Source: Lama guanicoe
Lineage: Eukaryota
DNA length: 64,000 nucleotides
Reading direction: 5' to 3'
NCBI GenBank assembly: GCA_013239625.1
Contig: MU054187.1
Span: forward strand, 4,475,757-4,539,756
In this document: piece after piece, positions 1 to 13,200 of the stretch
Numbering within the stretch: position 1 is the stretch's first letter
Layout: every line of letters begins with the position of its first letter
Notes under the pieces: model-generated
The model's input: the letters and a program-made list of their open reading frames with translations, nothing else
What the model was told of the DNA's origin: nothing
Databases searched by the model: none
Position numbers and translations under genes: made by a program

Positions 1-93
1 GAGGGGCGATGGGAAGGCTTCAGGAGGAAGGCAGTACTGCTCGATCCACAGCTTTCTGATCCCCACCCACCTTGCACCACATGCACCACTCTT

Positions 94-615
94 TCTTTTT
101 CATTGAAGTGCAGTTGATTTACAGCGTTGTGTCAGTCTCAGGTGTATAGCAAAGTGATTCAGTTATACATATGTGTTCTTTTTCAGAGTCTTTTCCATTA
201 TAGGTTATTACAAGATATTGAATATATTCCTTGTGCTCTACAGTAGGCCCTTGTTGTTTATCTATCTGATGTATATAGTAGTGTGCATCTGTTAATCCCA
301 AGCTCCTAATTTATCCCCCTGTCTTTCCTTTTAGGGAACTGTTAAGTTTGTTATCTATGTCTGTGAGTCTGTTTCTGTTTTGTTTGGGGTTTTTTGTTTG
401 TTTCTGTTTTGTAAATAAGTTCATTTGTATCTTTTTTTTTTAGATGCCATGTATAAGTGATATCATATGATATTTTCCTTTCTCTGTCTGACTTACTTCA
501 CTTAGTGTGATGATCTCCAGGTCCATCCATGTTGCTGCAGTGGCATTATTTCATTCTTTTTTATGGCTGAGTAGTATTCCATTGTGTATACACAGCACAG
601 CTTTATTTAGTCATC
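94..615 (-). mobile_element. 5'-truncated LINE-1 3' end with target-site duplication
   Basis: Reverse-oriented L1 3' UTR sequence (T-tail, attgaagtgcagttgatttac, ccatccatgttgctgca, atggctgagtagtattcc). Flanked by ccacatgcaccactctt (77-93) and ccacatgcattactctt (616-632), 15/17 identical. Confidence 0.9.
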
Positions 616-2467
616 CCACATGCATTACTCTTAATGTCAAGTAGGAGTCAGTGTGGACCACAGACCTGGTCCTTATGTTATATTGACTTTCAGTTGCCCT
701 TGCCGTCTTATTTGTGATCTGTAATAAGTGTCAAAAGTATAAACTGTCATGTCTTTTCTTCCTGCTACTAACCCTTTCAGAATACGCAGTAGATTGTTGC
801 ATAGAAGTATTTTTATTTTAATAGATTTATATGACATGGAATTTAGAAAAAAATTTTAATGTATCTGCTAATTTAAAAATGAATCTTGAAGGAATCACAA
901 AATACCTTCATTACCGTTGTGCTCTTGAGTAATTTAGGGTTGGCTTTTGGAACTGCTTCACTGCCAGGAATTATCATTTGTTGCTGATGCCTGTTGACTC
1001 CTTTATTTATTTAATAGGCTCTTTTATTTATTTAAGTCGTTTATTTTGTACACGCTCATTAAAGACAAGCTTGTAAAACCTGGGCTTGGAATGTAGCACT
1101 TGGATGTCACCTTGCTGTGATTAAGGCCTTCTGCCCCCCTCATATATTTGATTGACTCTAGACATGTTAAATCTTGCTGGATTTGGAGGGGGAGTCTGCG
1201 TTAAGGGTCTTACACTTGCGTGAGATCTTGCCACCAGTGAAGTGTCTACTTGGAAGCAGAGCCAGCCCCACAGCTCTGATACTTTGGGACCTGCAGTCAG
1301 AGCGCTTCCTGATTCTCGTGTGTTCTGCCCTCTCAGGCTTGCAGACGTACTTTTGCACAGCCGGTCAGAAGGGCAGCCTTTGCGTTTCTCCCCTCTGTCC
1401 TCACCCCGCCCCGCCCCGCTGGGTCGGAAGCGTTCTGCTCAGAGCTGACTGCGGATCCTGCAGTCCCGACCCTGCCGGCCCCCCGCCTCTGACTGTCTCC
1501 TCCTGCCTCCTTTTCTACCCACTTCTGAGTCGTGATTCTCCAAGGCTCTGCCCTTCCTCAGCCTCCCGTCTTCTGCTTTCTATTGGCGGGTTCATCTGTG
1601 GCCACAGACTCAGCCGCCCTCCTGCATCCCCCCGCACCCCCTGCTCCGGCCGCACCGGCCTCCTGTGCCCTTCTGCTCCGGCCCCGGCTGCCCCCAGTGA
1701 GGCCCAGGGCTTGTTCCCTCACTGCCTTCAGGGGGTTGCTCAGATATCCCCAGCTGCCATTTGAGTGGGACAGTCTGAGACAGCATTGCTGGCATTTAGT
1801 GCCCCCTCTCTGGAATGTGAACTCCGAGCTCGGAGATTAGGTCTTACCCACAGAGCCCAGAACAGAACTTGTCCACGGGAAGTACTCAGTCGGCCCTAGA
1901 CAATGGATGAATGAGCCAGAGAGTGATGGAAGGACCACAGGCGTGGCAGTGGGGCAGTGCCCCGGGGCAGTCAGGAGCTCTGGCCCAGCCAGCTGGGTGG
2001 TCTGGGCCGAGCCCGTGCCCTGAGGGGCCCTCTTCTGGATGGGCCCTAAGGCCCTGTGAGATGCTCACCCCCTCTCCCCCGTCACACCCCCATTGTCACA
2101 CACCCCCATCACACCCCTACCCCGGAGGCTCCGACTCCGGAAATGCAATGACATGCTGTCAGCTCAGATTTGTGTGACTTCCCACAACTTGGTGTTTATA
2201 TATTTCTGTCGACATAATTCCTATCTCTGGTTAAATGTCTCCTTAAGAAAAGAGTCGTGGTGAGCAAAACACTTCGCATCTAAATGAAATACGTATGCGA
2301 AAACTAACACATGTTGGTTTACTTACATGTTTGTGATCTGTTTTTCTAATTTATTGGCCAATTTTTTAAAGAGTTACCATTTTCCGTTGCTGTATATGTT
2401 GAATGGCCTGCCTGTGTTTGTCAAATAAAAGCTCTATTACAATCTTTTTTTTTCCTTCTATTTTTAG

Positions 2468-2556
2468 GCATTGCCTGCAACAGAGGGTACTTTAAGAGAG
2501 GACAGATTCCCTGTGACTTCTGCCTGCAGTCCCTAAACCACTCGTCCCTCTTTCAA
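2468..2556 (+). other. FAM110B: 89-nt internal 5' leader exon of FAM110B
   Basis: Long polypyrimidine tract ending ttttttccttctatttttAG (2466-2467) and donor CAA|GTGAGT (2557). Contains no ATG. Fits the recalled FAM110B layout of short non-coding exons plus one coding exon. Joining to 47748 is inferred. Confidence 0.75.
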
Positions 2557-4856
2557 GTGAGTGTTTTGCTTTGCTTTGATCCATTCTGAGCAAGAGGTAC
2601 TGATTCGCTCCGAAAGCCTGTGTCATTACTGCATTAAGAACAGGGGCGGAGGCTTCAGATAGTTTGCTATCCGGCCAAAAAAAAAAAGGAGAGCCCTCCC
2701 TTCCTACTGTTGAAGTCCCGCAGGACCAGAGTAGCAGTAATGATGGTTCCTCCGCCAGGGGCTTCTGTGGACTGTCACTACATGTTTACTAGTAGTTACG
2801 GTTTTTAAGGGCTGTGTAGTATTTACTAGTAATCTCCCTGGTGTTTAGAAGGACATGGATTTGAAGCCAATGTTTTTTAAAAAATGAATATCTCTACACT
2901 CCAGCTCAGAGTACACTGTCTGGTTGGGGAGCGAGATGGTGGTTTCTGGCAGGCCTAGTGGTGTGTGGCCAGCAGCAAGTGCGCTGCGAATTTGGGGCAC
3001 AGAGATCTTTGCAGGATGGCCTCCCAAGAGAGGCTGCGTCAAGGGGACAGAACCGAAATGCCAGCCAGGGAACAGCCCGAGGGGGAGGGGCAGGTGTCGG
3101 AGGGCAGCCTGCAGACGTGGGAACGTGCGTGTCCACGGAGGACAGTGCAGGGGATTTTTGTCCCTGGCCGCACCACTCCCGGATTCCTTCCTGGTGCCGA
3201 GCCAGGACACATCCCACAGCCAGGCCCGTCTTCCCACGAAGAAGCTGAGGAAGTGGTCAAGGTCCAGATGGTTCCTCCCCTTTGTCAGAGGGGCTGAGAG
3301 CTCCGTGTCCCCAAATAAGGAGGTTGGGGATGTCTAGGAAACTGAGAGACAGCCCCCCAGTGAACTCACGTCTGCGAGGCCCCGAGTGGTGAAGAGCAGC
3401 CCCCGGGAGGTCACTGAGACTTACCCTCCGCACCCATATTCCCGAGTGACCACGTGCTTTGATTTGATTGACGGTCTTCCTCGAGCCCCCTTTCCGGCGC
3501 CCATATGTAATGCACCATCACCTGTAGAGCATGCCACACCCTTGGTGGTTGTCCACCTTTGCACGAGGCAGGACTTTTTTAGGTAGATGACACTGCTCTC
3601 CAGGGACCTCAGCATCTAATGTAAGCTGACAAGTAAGAATCAGCCTGTGCCAGGTGAAATTCTGCAATCTGTGCAGAGGGAGAGATTAAAGAAAAAGCCA
3701 GCAACATGTGTCAGTGATACGGCCTGAAACCCACCAACCTCATCATCACGTTAGCTTATCCCCCATGTAAGAGGTTCTGATGGGAAAGCCTTGGGCTCCT
3801 ACTGGCTGGCAGGAACTCAGCATCTCCCGTCCCCAGTCGCGAGTTTGTAGAATCGCACCTGTGCACAGGTGGATTTCATGGGGAGTGCTCCCGTCAGGGC
3901 GTGCCCCCCCCCCACGCTGCTCGTTCTGGGCGGCCACTCATCCCAGTTTGCTCACGGGGGGGGGGTGGTTTCTGGAACACGAGATGCAAGTGGTAAAAGC
4001 AGGGTAAGCCCCCAGGGGCCCCCGGGTCTCGCTCTGGATCCCCAGCACCTGTCCTGTCTCCCCCAGCCATGCCCACCCCGCTGGCTCCTCCCGGCAGGTG
4101 AGTTGGCAGCCCTAGTGGCCAGAGAGAACGGGGGCTTTGAGTAGACGTGGGTGTAGCCTCAGCTCCACTGCTCACCAACGCTGAATGGACCTTACCTGTC
4201 TCAGCCTCACTTCCCAGTGGCCAGATAAGAGTAAGAACAAGCTAGGAAGGATTGGGGGACGGTCACCTGACACAGCGACAGGACGTGCTGCTGCTCCAGG
4301 GTCCCATGGAGAAGTGGGGCCCCTCCCTTCCCCTCCCAGACCGCCTCTCTGGAGAGGAGAGTGAGTCCCCTTCCCAGGCAGTGTCGACTTGAGCTTTGTT
4401 GTATTGTTACTCAGCCAGGTCCTGCATCAGGAAGATCAGACTGACTCAGGATGACACTCACGACCACAGTGTCATCTGCGTGTGGACTCTGAGTCTCGGC
4501 CCCTGTATTCTGAGTCTCAGGCAACACCAGGTCATTGTGTGCGAGTCGTGTTACATTGTTTTTATATCAGCTTTCCCGCAAATAAGGTAGAAACTAAAAG
4601 AGTGCTCTAAAGATTGTGGTGAAAGGCATAGTTTTTGTGTTATTATCCAAATGTTTGCAATTGTTTTAAGCTATTTTCACATTTCACGTTCATTAAAACT
4701 TTGTTCTCTTCTGAGTTTATAAATTACAGGTAAGTCACCTTATGAAGAATATTTATTATTGTTATTAATTTTTTTCTTAACTCTTGAATACATGCATTTA
4801 AGATTATTATGATTTTAGAGTACAAGGTAGATCTTTTTTAAAAGTGCTACCTTCTT

Positions 4857-4970
4857 GGGGTGGTGGATATAGCCCAGTGGTAGAGCGTGTTGTTTGCATG
4901 CAGGAGGTCCCAGGTTCAATCCCCAGTTCCTTCATTAAACAAATAAATAAATAAATAGTTAAAAAAAACA
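4857..4970 (+). mobile_element. tRNA-Ala-derived SINE (camelid Vic-1-like)
   Basis: A box tagcccagtgg, B box ggttcaatccc, (TAAA)n/A-rich tail. Possible degenerate TSD 4841-4856 / 5046-5061 (13/16), which would extend the tail to ~5045. Confidence 0.85.
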
Positions 4971-6778
4971 TACATAACCAAATACACATATATGTACATG
5001 TGGTTATATATGTTTATATATATGATTTTAAAAAAATAAGAAAGTAAAGTGGTCCTTTCTTTAAGGAAAATAAAATAGAAAATGAAGGCATAAAATGACC
5101 TTGTAAATGTTCTTTCAGTCAAACTTTTGAGGCTTTTCAACCTGAATCCTCCTGTGTAACGTTTATGGAAGTCGCCTTTCAAGGAACACAGCACACAACC
5201 ACGAGTCTCTGTTATTCACATGATGGTGATTTCAGGAAGAAAGTTACAATGTTCCCCTTGTTTGTAGTTGCTTGTTATCTTAATCAAACCTACGTAATTG
5301 ATAAAGTCAGCTTCTCTCGGGAGGCTGCCTTTTTCGGAACGTCTCTGGGAGGGAGTTCTGTTCTTTTCGAGTGTGAGCTGGGGACTTGAGGTTGCCCGGA
5401 GCACGAGCAGCCTCTGCAGGTGTGTGTGTGTCACGTGGTCACGAACAAACATACGTGCGAGTTTTCCCCAGACACCCTTCCTCCCATCTCGGTGTCTCCC
5501 TAAAGCTGGGCTTGCTCAGCAAGCGATCCACTCTCTGTCCGTGGCTCTCTGCCGTCCACGCCAGCATCTCAGACTCCTGCCTTTTCCCAGGTCAGCTCTT
5601 TGCCAAGCGAGTGACTCAGAGCTCAGGTAACATCAGTCCCTTCAGCGGTGGCTCCTCGAAGCCGGCTCGGCTGACCTTGAGCAGGTCTCCCGGGGCCGGG
5701 CCGAGCCAGCTGCCGCCGAGACCCACCGCGCGGCCTGCCTGGCCCCAGGCTCCTGACCTCGCTCAGCGCCTTTTACAAAAGAAGAGGGAGAGGAGGGAGC
5801 ACTCTCTGGGAGAGGATTTCAGTTGTTTTGTTCTCCTTGTTCACAAAAATCGCATTGGCTTCTAAAAGGTTGGATTTAGGGAGGGTCCCCTCGAAAACCA
5901 ATACCCCGATGCACAAGTTGTATTTGTGAGAATGTAACACATGCTTAGTATGATTCAAAAGACCACTCTTGATTACAATTTAAATGATTAAATTACCAAT
6001 TAAGTTATGGTGGACTTAAAGGCTGTTTCTAAAAAATCAAATGAAAGATAAATTCTGTCGGTTCTGTGCTGGCCGAGTTTGCTGTGGATAATTATTAGTG
6101 TCTGTGACAATGTAAGTCGGGTTGTTGTCAGCGTTGTCATTGCTTTTCTACAAAGACCAGCAGAAACCTTAAGGCCATCATCTGTGGAAGGCCTGCCCTG
6201 TGCTGGAGGCACCACGTTTAGAATCTTCGGGGTGTGGATGAGGGTACAAGAATCAAAGAGGGAACCGCACACAGAGGGCAACCGCATGGCAAGGCACATG
6301 CTGGGTGTAAAACCCAGGTCCAGACCCCGGCCCCTTCACACCTGTTGGTTTCTCTACAACGATGGAGTCACACATGGAACGGGAAACTGGCTGAGGGAGA
6401 CTGGGCCGTGAGGAAGGGGCACTGGGAAAGTTACAGGACGATCCTGGAATGATCCCCTAGAAAACAGGGAAAGTCTTCAATGAATAACAGAAGGGAAGAG
6501 ACTGAAAAGTCAAGTAATGGAGTAAGTACCCGTCAGGGCACCCACGTTTGAGGCAGAGGAGGACACGTGCAGAGTGGCTGCAGGTGCACTGGGCTAGCCA
6601 GGCCTCCTCATCGGTCCTCCACCCTGCTGAGCGTCTGCTCCGTCACCGCGCAGACTGCGAAAGCTCCCGTGCGTTCTGAACACTCCGCCAAGTTCAGAAG
6701 CATGCGATGCCCCTTACGACCACGTGATTCATAAGTCTTGGTGTAGCTCTCCATGCCGGCCTCCTTTCCATAGCCCAG

Positions 6779-7116
6779 TGCTATGGTCCCAGTGTGTGCG
6801 CCGCCCCCTCCCCGAAAAAAATTCATACATTGAACTCCTGGTGCCCAATGTGATGCTATAGGAGGCTGGAGCCTCTGGGATGTGCTTAAGGCCCGGGGGC
6901 GGCACCCTCATGAGGGGGACCAGCCCTTCCCCATCCCGCCGTGCGAGGACGTGTGCAGAGTCTGCAACCCAGAAGAGACCCCTCCCCAGAACACGGCCGT
7001 GCTGGCACCGTGATCCTGGACTTCCAGCCTCCAGAACTGTGGGAAGGAAATACCTGTTATTCGTAAGCCACCCAGCCCATGCTGTTTTATTACAGCAGCC
7101 TGAACATTCTAAAATA
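6779..7116 (+). mobile_element. MaLR solo LTR (MLT1A/B-like)
   Basis: Starts tgctatggt, contains gctggcacc...ggacttccagcctccagaactgtg and taagccacccag, ends ttacagcagcctgaacattctaaaata. Near-TSD cccag/cctag. Confidence 0.85.
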
Positions 7117-7559
7117 CCTAGGATAAAAGTATGTTAAATATTCAGTTCTGTTATTTTGTTACGTTCATAGGTACAACAGAAAGCCTGAAAACCCTTCTAA
7201 TCTGCATCTCTTCTTTGGGAAATCCCTCCTGTTTAGCAGAGGAGAGGCCCTTTCTCTGCACCTGGTCTTTGGGTGGTGGTGGGACACACTTACTCTCGGT
7301 GCCCACTCACGGAGCACTGGTCCATCCTGGTCCTGAAATACGCATCTTCTGCCTTTCTTCAAGTCTCGTGAGTCTAATTCTCTGTGGGACACACTTAAAG
7401 CCGAGCTCAACATCATCTTCAGTCCAAGAGAGGCAGCTGTGACCAGGACAGTCAGTGGAAGGACCTCCCTCTGGAAGGATGCCTCCTTGCGTGGCTCCTG
7501 CTTCTTTACCCCACGTGCCCGCATGAAGCATCGCTGACCCTCCCTACCTGCGTGCATTG

Positions 7560-7950
7560 AAACTGCGGTCTCTCTGTCACCAAACAGCTCCACTGCTGAC
7601 TTCACCATCTGCTCCTCAGCCGGCCTCTCGTCTTTGCTCTCAGACCGGTCCATTTAGTAAGCAGGAAGTTCTCTGGCAAGCACTGTTTTCATCATGTTAC
7701 CTCCCTGCGCCAAAGCCCTGTTCCCTCCCAGTTACCTACAGATCAAATTTAAATTCCAGAGCTTGGCACTTAAAGCACTGCCAGCTGCGCCCCCCACACT
7801 CACCCAGAATCAGCATCCATTTCTCTCCTCCTTTTCTTCACTCTCCTGGTTCATCAGAGGTGGTGAGCGTTTTCTTGCCTGAAATTGCTTGTCCGTTCCT
7901 GTCTCCCCAAGTCTGGGAGTTCTTTCAGGCCCATTTCAAAAGTTACTTTT
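7560..7950 (+). mobile_element. Degenerate LINE-2 fragment
   Basis: Pyrimidine-rich L2-like text (cagttacctacagatcaaatttaaattcc, tctttcaggcccatttcaaaagttact). Boundaries approximate. Confidence 0.45.
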
Positions 7951-8804
7951 TCCTTATTTAAAAAAAAAAAAAGCCTTTCTGAGCAAAATCCAAGAATTTT
8001 TACCGTTCATTCATTCAACACATTCACACAACAAATGTCTGCACAATTCAGTATATACCAAGTACATTTATAAGTAGCCTTGAAATTATTCTTTGCTTTA
8101 AGCATTTATATGATTCTCAATTTACAGGGTAAGTTGATTTAAAAGTTTTCCCTTAATGCGAAGGATGCTCAAGCTCTCAGTTGTGTGAGAGGATAAATAA
8201 ACACAGAGTGTCATACCAGGCCACCTGGCGCATCCACGCCGTGCGTGTGAGACAGTGAGCTGGGGCTGAAATCCTAGAGGTGGTTTGGCAGCATTAACAG
8301 AGTTCCGTGGGCTGATTGACTTCCCGGAGAGGGACGAAGCTGTTTACCAACTCTGGAAGCCCTTCACGAAAATAACAGTTTCATTCAACAACGCAGAGTG
8401 GAAAGCTACTGTCAGTTCTTAAGTGTCCATGATAGAGTGACATCTAAAGAGACACGTAGAAACACAGTCCAGGGGGAAGGTAACAGCACCTCCTCCAGAG
8501 GGGAAACAGACCCACTGACAGCAAGAGACACACGTGGAAACTCACCCCAAATCCCGCTCACCCATGAGGCTCGGTTCAGATTTCCTCTCCTGGGTAGACG
8601 TTCCTTCTCCTTCTCCCCGCATCTGCCTTCATTCTTGCATTCTGTGTACTCATGGTCCCTTTTGGTGCCGCGAGAAGTCAGGCACTTTTTTTTCATTCTC
8701 TGAGGACATAGACGGCGCTTAGCGTAATCTGGCTTGTGTTACGGGAAGTTTCTTTCGCCTCTTTCTAGTGGACTAGAAGCAACGTGAGGGTAGGAATTAC
8801 GGGA

Positions 8805-9003
8805 TTTTTTTTTAATTCTTATTTTTTACTGGAGTGTAGTCAATTTACAGTATTAGTTTCAGGTGTACAGCAAAGTGATTCAGTTACACACAGACATACA
8901 TAGGTATATTTTTTTTTCAGTTTCTTTTCCATTACGGCTCATTGCAAGAAGCTGAATATAGTTCCCTGTGCTCTACAGGAGGTCCTTGTTGTTTATCTGT
9001 TTA
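8805..9003 (-). mobile_element. LINE-1 3' end fragment
   Basis: Homologous to 94-270 (caggtgtacagcaaagtgattcagttac, gaatatagttccctgtgctctacag). Confidence 0.85.
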
Positions 9004-9929
9004 CTCTGTCTTTAGAATCCAGCACAGAATCGAACAAATGGCAGAGCACTGACAGCAGCGGGTGGGCTCTCCCCAGGCTGGAGGACGTTCTCTGCTCGTG
9101 AAGGACAGTCGTAGGTTTCTCACCTGCTGTGTTGCAAGTGTGATGAGCAGCACCTGCAGACACAGGATGTGGCAGCTTGGCGGTTAACAGGGCCAGCATC
9201 CCTGGACTGGTCCCCGTTACGTAACGTGCTGCATTCTGCTTTTGTGGAGCTGTTTATTCCTCGCAGCGTTCCTTGGGCACCGCCGGTGGTGCGCCCGCGC
9301 GGCACTGGCGGCATCGCCCGCCGCACTGGTGTTCATATCCGCTGTGCCCGGGGCTCGCTTTCACGGCCGATCCTTCATCCTGTCTCAGACTCCAGGAGTG
9401 CGAGGCGGAGTCAGTTGCCTCATTCACAGCCTTCCCACGAGTGCTTCTCTCTTACTCTTAACATCCTTTGGTCACTAAGCGTTTGAATAAGAGATGCTAA
9501 GTGTGATTAAGAAAGACTCCATAAACATCCCCTTAAGGAGCAGGAAATTAAGGGATGTTTTATGCCAGATCTGCAGCATTTTAGGGTTTCTCATGGTACC
9601 TTACTAAGGATACTTGACACTATACATGCTTGCAGTGCATCTCATTAGTCCTAAATACAGCAATTATGGTTCAAAGCACTTTTTGATGATGAGACGTTTG
9701 CATCCAATCGATCTCTAATTTTTAAGACTATTGAAACCCGGTTTTGAAGTGCTGTGTGAAGTGTTCTCAGATTTTTAACTGATAAGTAGCCACTTTGTTG
9801 GCACTCAGCCTCTTATGTAAGCAGGGCTGCGTGCGCTTCCGAGGATGTTTCGTAGGGAGCGCTGCTTCTGTTTTCAACTTGTGCGTTATTGCTGTGATGT
9901 GTAGAGTACTTTATAAATGCTCTCCTTCA

Positions 9930-10250
9930 TTTGATTTTATTAAAAAAATTCTTTTGTACTGAAGTATAGTTGATGTGCTGTGTTGCTGTGTTAGTTTCAA
10001 GTGTACAGCAATGTGATTGTTATACATATATGTGTGTATATATATTCTTCTTCAGGTTTTTTTTTCCACTGTAGGCTATTGTAAGACATTAAATATAGTT
10101 CCCTGTGCTCTACAGTAGGTCCTTGTGGTTCATCTGTTTTATACATAGTAGTCTGTGTCTGGTAATCCCAAACTCCTCATTGAGCCCTCTGCCCTCATCG
10201 CTTCCCCCTTTGGTAACCATAGTTTGTTTTCTGTCTGTGGGTCTGTTTCC
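9930..10250 (-). mobile_element. LINE-1 3' end fragment
   Basis: Same family text (tgaagtatagttgat, atagttccctgtgctctacagtaggtccttg, taatcccaaactcct, cccctttggtaaccata). Confidence 0.85.
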
Positions 10251-13200
10251 AGACAAGCACCCCTCCCTTAGTTTCCAGTCTTCCCTCTGGTCAGGAACGT
10301 GGGTGATGCTCTCAGAGTGTGTCTCGGTGCTGGTGTGTTTCCCAGGGAAGACAGTGGCACATCAGTGGAAAACAGCTCCAAAGCGTAAGGACGTATGTGA
10401 TGTGGTGCAGGTAGGAGACTGGATCTGGGGCTTCGCTTAGCATTTACTGGGCGTTTTCCAGGGGCCAGGCGTGGTGTCAAGTCCTGTCCTTAACACCTCC
10501 TGTAGTTCTCACAATTGCAGGGTAGCTGTTGGAACAAAGTAGGTGATCACGGGCTGAGATTCGAGCCCACATATGTCTGGCTGCAGGTCCAGCCTCACCC
10601 ACCTTCCCAAGGTGTGTCAGATATGATAGTTTGATGTGCCCAGGGTTTCTCAAACCTTGGAGGCAAATGTCTTTTCCTATTTAGAAACCATATTCTTTCG
10701 GCAGAGTAGATTTGCTGACGCTTTCTTGGAAGCACAAGACTTGCTGCAGGTGCCGACCAAGGGTCCCTTTCAGCTGTGCTTATCACTTGGTGTGGCCCAG
10801 AGGAGACCAGTGCTGTTCGTCACCCCCGTCCTCGTTTGGGGGCCTTTGACAGGTCTCCTCGCCACCTGGGACTCAGGTCACCGGCTTTGCTCCCAGCCCT
10901 CTGATCTGGGGCTACTGATCAGCAGTGGCAATTTGCATTTTTTTTAACACAGACTGGCACACTTTACACTTCAGCTGCTTTGAAGGGCGGGGGAACTGTT
11001 ATCTCAGCTTTACAGACGCGGCAGCAGACGCACAGGAGACAGCGACTCTGCACAGTTGCGTGGCGCACACTGGAAAACCAGGATACGAGCCCTCCCACCT
11101 CCCACCACATCCCGGCTCCCAAGTGAGACCTCTGCTGGGACCAGCGCTTCATTGGCCCTCCAGTAAAATGAATGACTTCACCTCCATCAGTGATTTTTCA
11201 ACCTCTGTCCCTCAAGTACTAGGGGATTCAAGGCTGAGGGGCATTGAGACGGAGGCTTTGCTGCAGCCCCGACCTCCCCGCGTCTGCCTGTTTCACACAT
11301 CCACATTCCGCGTGATCTTTACCCGAGGAAAAGCTTCTGCGGCTGAAACGTGCTTCAAAGACCACCGAACCCCAAGGTTCTTACTACATCCTAAGCTCTG
11401 GCTTCTAGGGGCCAGAACCAATGTTTTAAAAATCAATGAAATAAGTATAAACATGAGTGAATTGTCAGTAGGAAAATATTATTGGGCTTACAAAATTACT
11501 TTGCAACTTTTCAAAAAATGTATCTGTTGGAGGCGGCCAGGAAGCTTCCCTCGAAGCAAAATTCCCTCCTCCCGGGCTCAGTGCCAGACACCTCGCTGGA
11601 AACCTCGTCCCTCCGTCCCTGGAGTCCGGCTGCCCCCTCGCCTGCTCGGATCCACTCTGCCCACTTCCAAGAGCACCAGCCAGGTTTGAAGCATCAGGTA
11701 GTGGCTCCCCGCTCACCATTCCCTGGCTCCCATCACGTTCAAGGTCAAGTTCAGGCCCCTTCCCTTGGATAAAAGATTCCGCGAGCTGGGCTGTCTTCAC
11801 CTCTGCTCTCTCTTCCCACCCCATGACGTTTCCCCAAGGCTGGTAAACGGACTCACGGCCACGGTGAACGCCAGGCTCTCTCTGCCCTTGGACTTGAGCT
11901 GGGACTGTGCCTGCACCTGGCACTCAGCCTCGGGGTCTGCTCAGCTGTGCTTTCTTCTGGGATGGCTTCATTTCCTCTTGGGGCCTGTGACTTAACCCCG
12001 CCCGCCCCTCTCCAGTGGTTGCGTAGCCCCTCACGGGCCGTCCTCTCTGCACTGAGACAGACCCTTTCTGTTCAAGTGGCATCTCTTCTGTCTAGCCTGT
12101 GATCTCAGTGCCAGCACAGATTTCAGTCTTTTGTATCCCTCATGGTCAGAACGGCAGCTGGCTCCCAGGAGCGGCCCTAGTAACTGCTGGCTAAAATGAA
12201 ACTAAATGAAAAAGGAAATAGTGTTATGGTATCTATTTTCAGCAATGCACAGAGTATAAACTATGTACTTGCTTGACACCTGTTACAGTGTGCTAGGATT
12301 GCAGATAATTTCATAATTAGTTTTAGAGGGTAATCAGACCTTTCGGTTTTGCCATGAAGTCTCATTTGACCACATGCTTGCGTAGATTTGTCAGTCTCTG
12401 GAAAACACCGAGTTTCCTCACCTCCCGGTCACTCCACAGCTGTCTTCCTTATTTACCGACTTGCTGAATCCCCAGTTCCGTCAGAGCCCAAATGATGTTT
12501 TCAGGTCATATCTCTAGTTTAGACCTCCTATGATAAAATGACACTTCCTGACAGAATTCTCCATCCTTCGCAGTTAAATTTCAAATTCAGTGAAGAATTC
12601 CTCTTTCTTCCCATCATGCGCTGTGTTATCTTCATTCCTGGAAGAGACTTAAGTACAGGGATTGTATACGGTTCTTTTTATGGGAAATTATCACCGTGAA
12701 CCCTTGGTTTAATAAACCAGTTTCCAGTTCTCCCATTGCCCCGACTTCAGAAAGCTCTGTGATTCTCCGTGAGTGGTGTGCCCTTGAATGTGCGTGGCAG
12801 TTCCGAGAACACTGGACACCAGCTCAAGAGTTAACGTCCTCGCCCTTGGTGTAGCCCCGTCTGGAGTCGGGGACGGGGGCGCTGAGGGGTTGTGACCGCC
12901 TTCTGAGTGGAAGTGCTGTTTTGCCCAGAAACCATCCAGGGCAGCTTTTGCGGCCTCCTCACTAACTTTTCGATCAGGGGGCCCACAAGGTGAAGCCCAG
13001 GCACATGAGCGCGCTGCCATGTAAATTTGACCCCTTGTAAATCTGCGGCATTTTCCCTTGTTACAATGGTTTTATCTTCTCGTGGACATAAATACGCCTC
13101 TGACAGGGGCAGAGCCTCGCGCCATGAATATTCCTTTCGCAGTGGTGGAAACTCTGCAACAAGGCTTTGAAGTTTTAGGATGGCAGTCAAATGGGCCAAC

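Noticed and set aside
1174..1764. 196-aa ORF
   Set aside because: Non-ATG start, Pro/Ser/Leu-rich translation of pyrimidine-rich DNA, and no family resemblance.
10925..11689. 254-aa ORF
   Set aside because: Non-ATG start, no recognisable domain or codon bias, and it overlaps MIR-like sequence.
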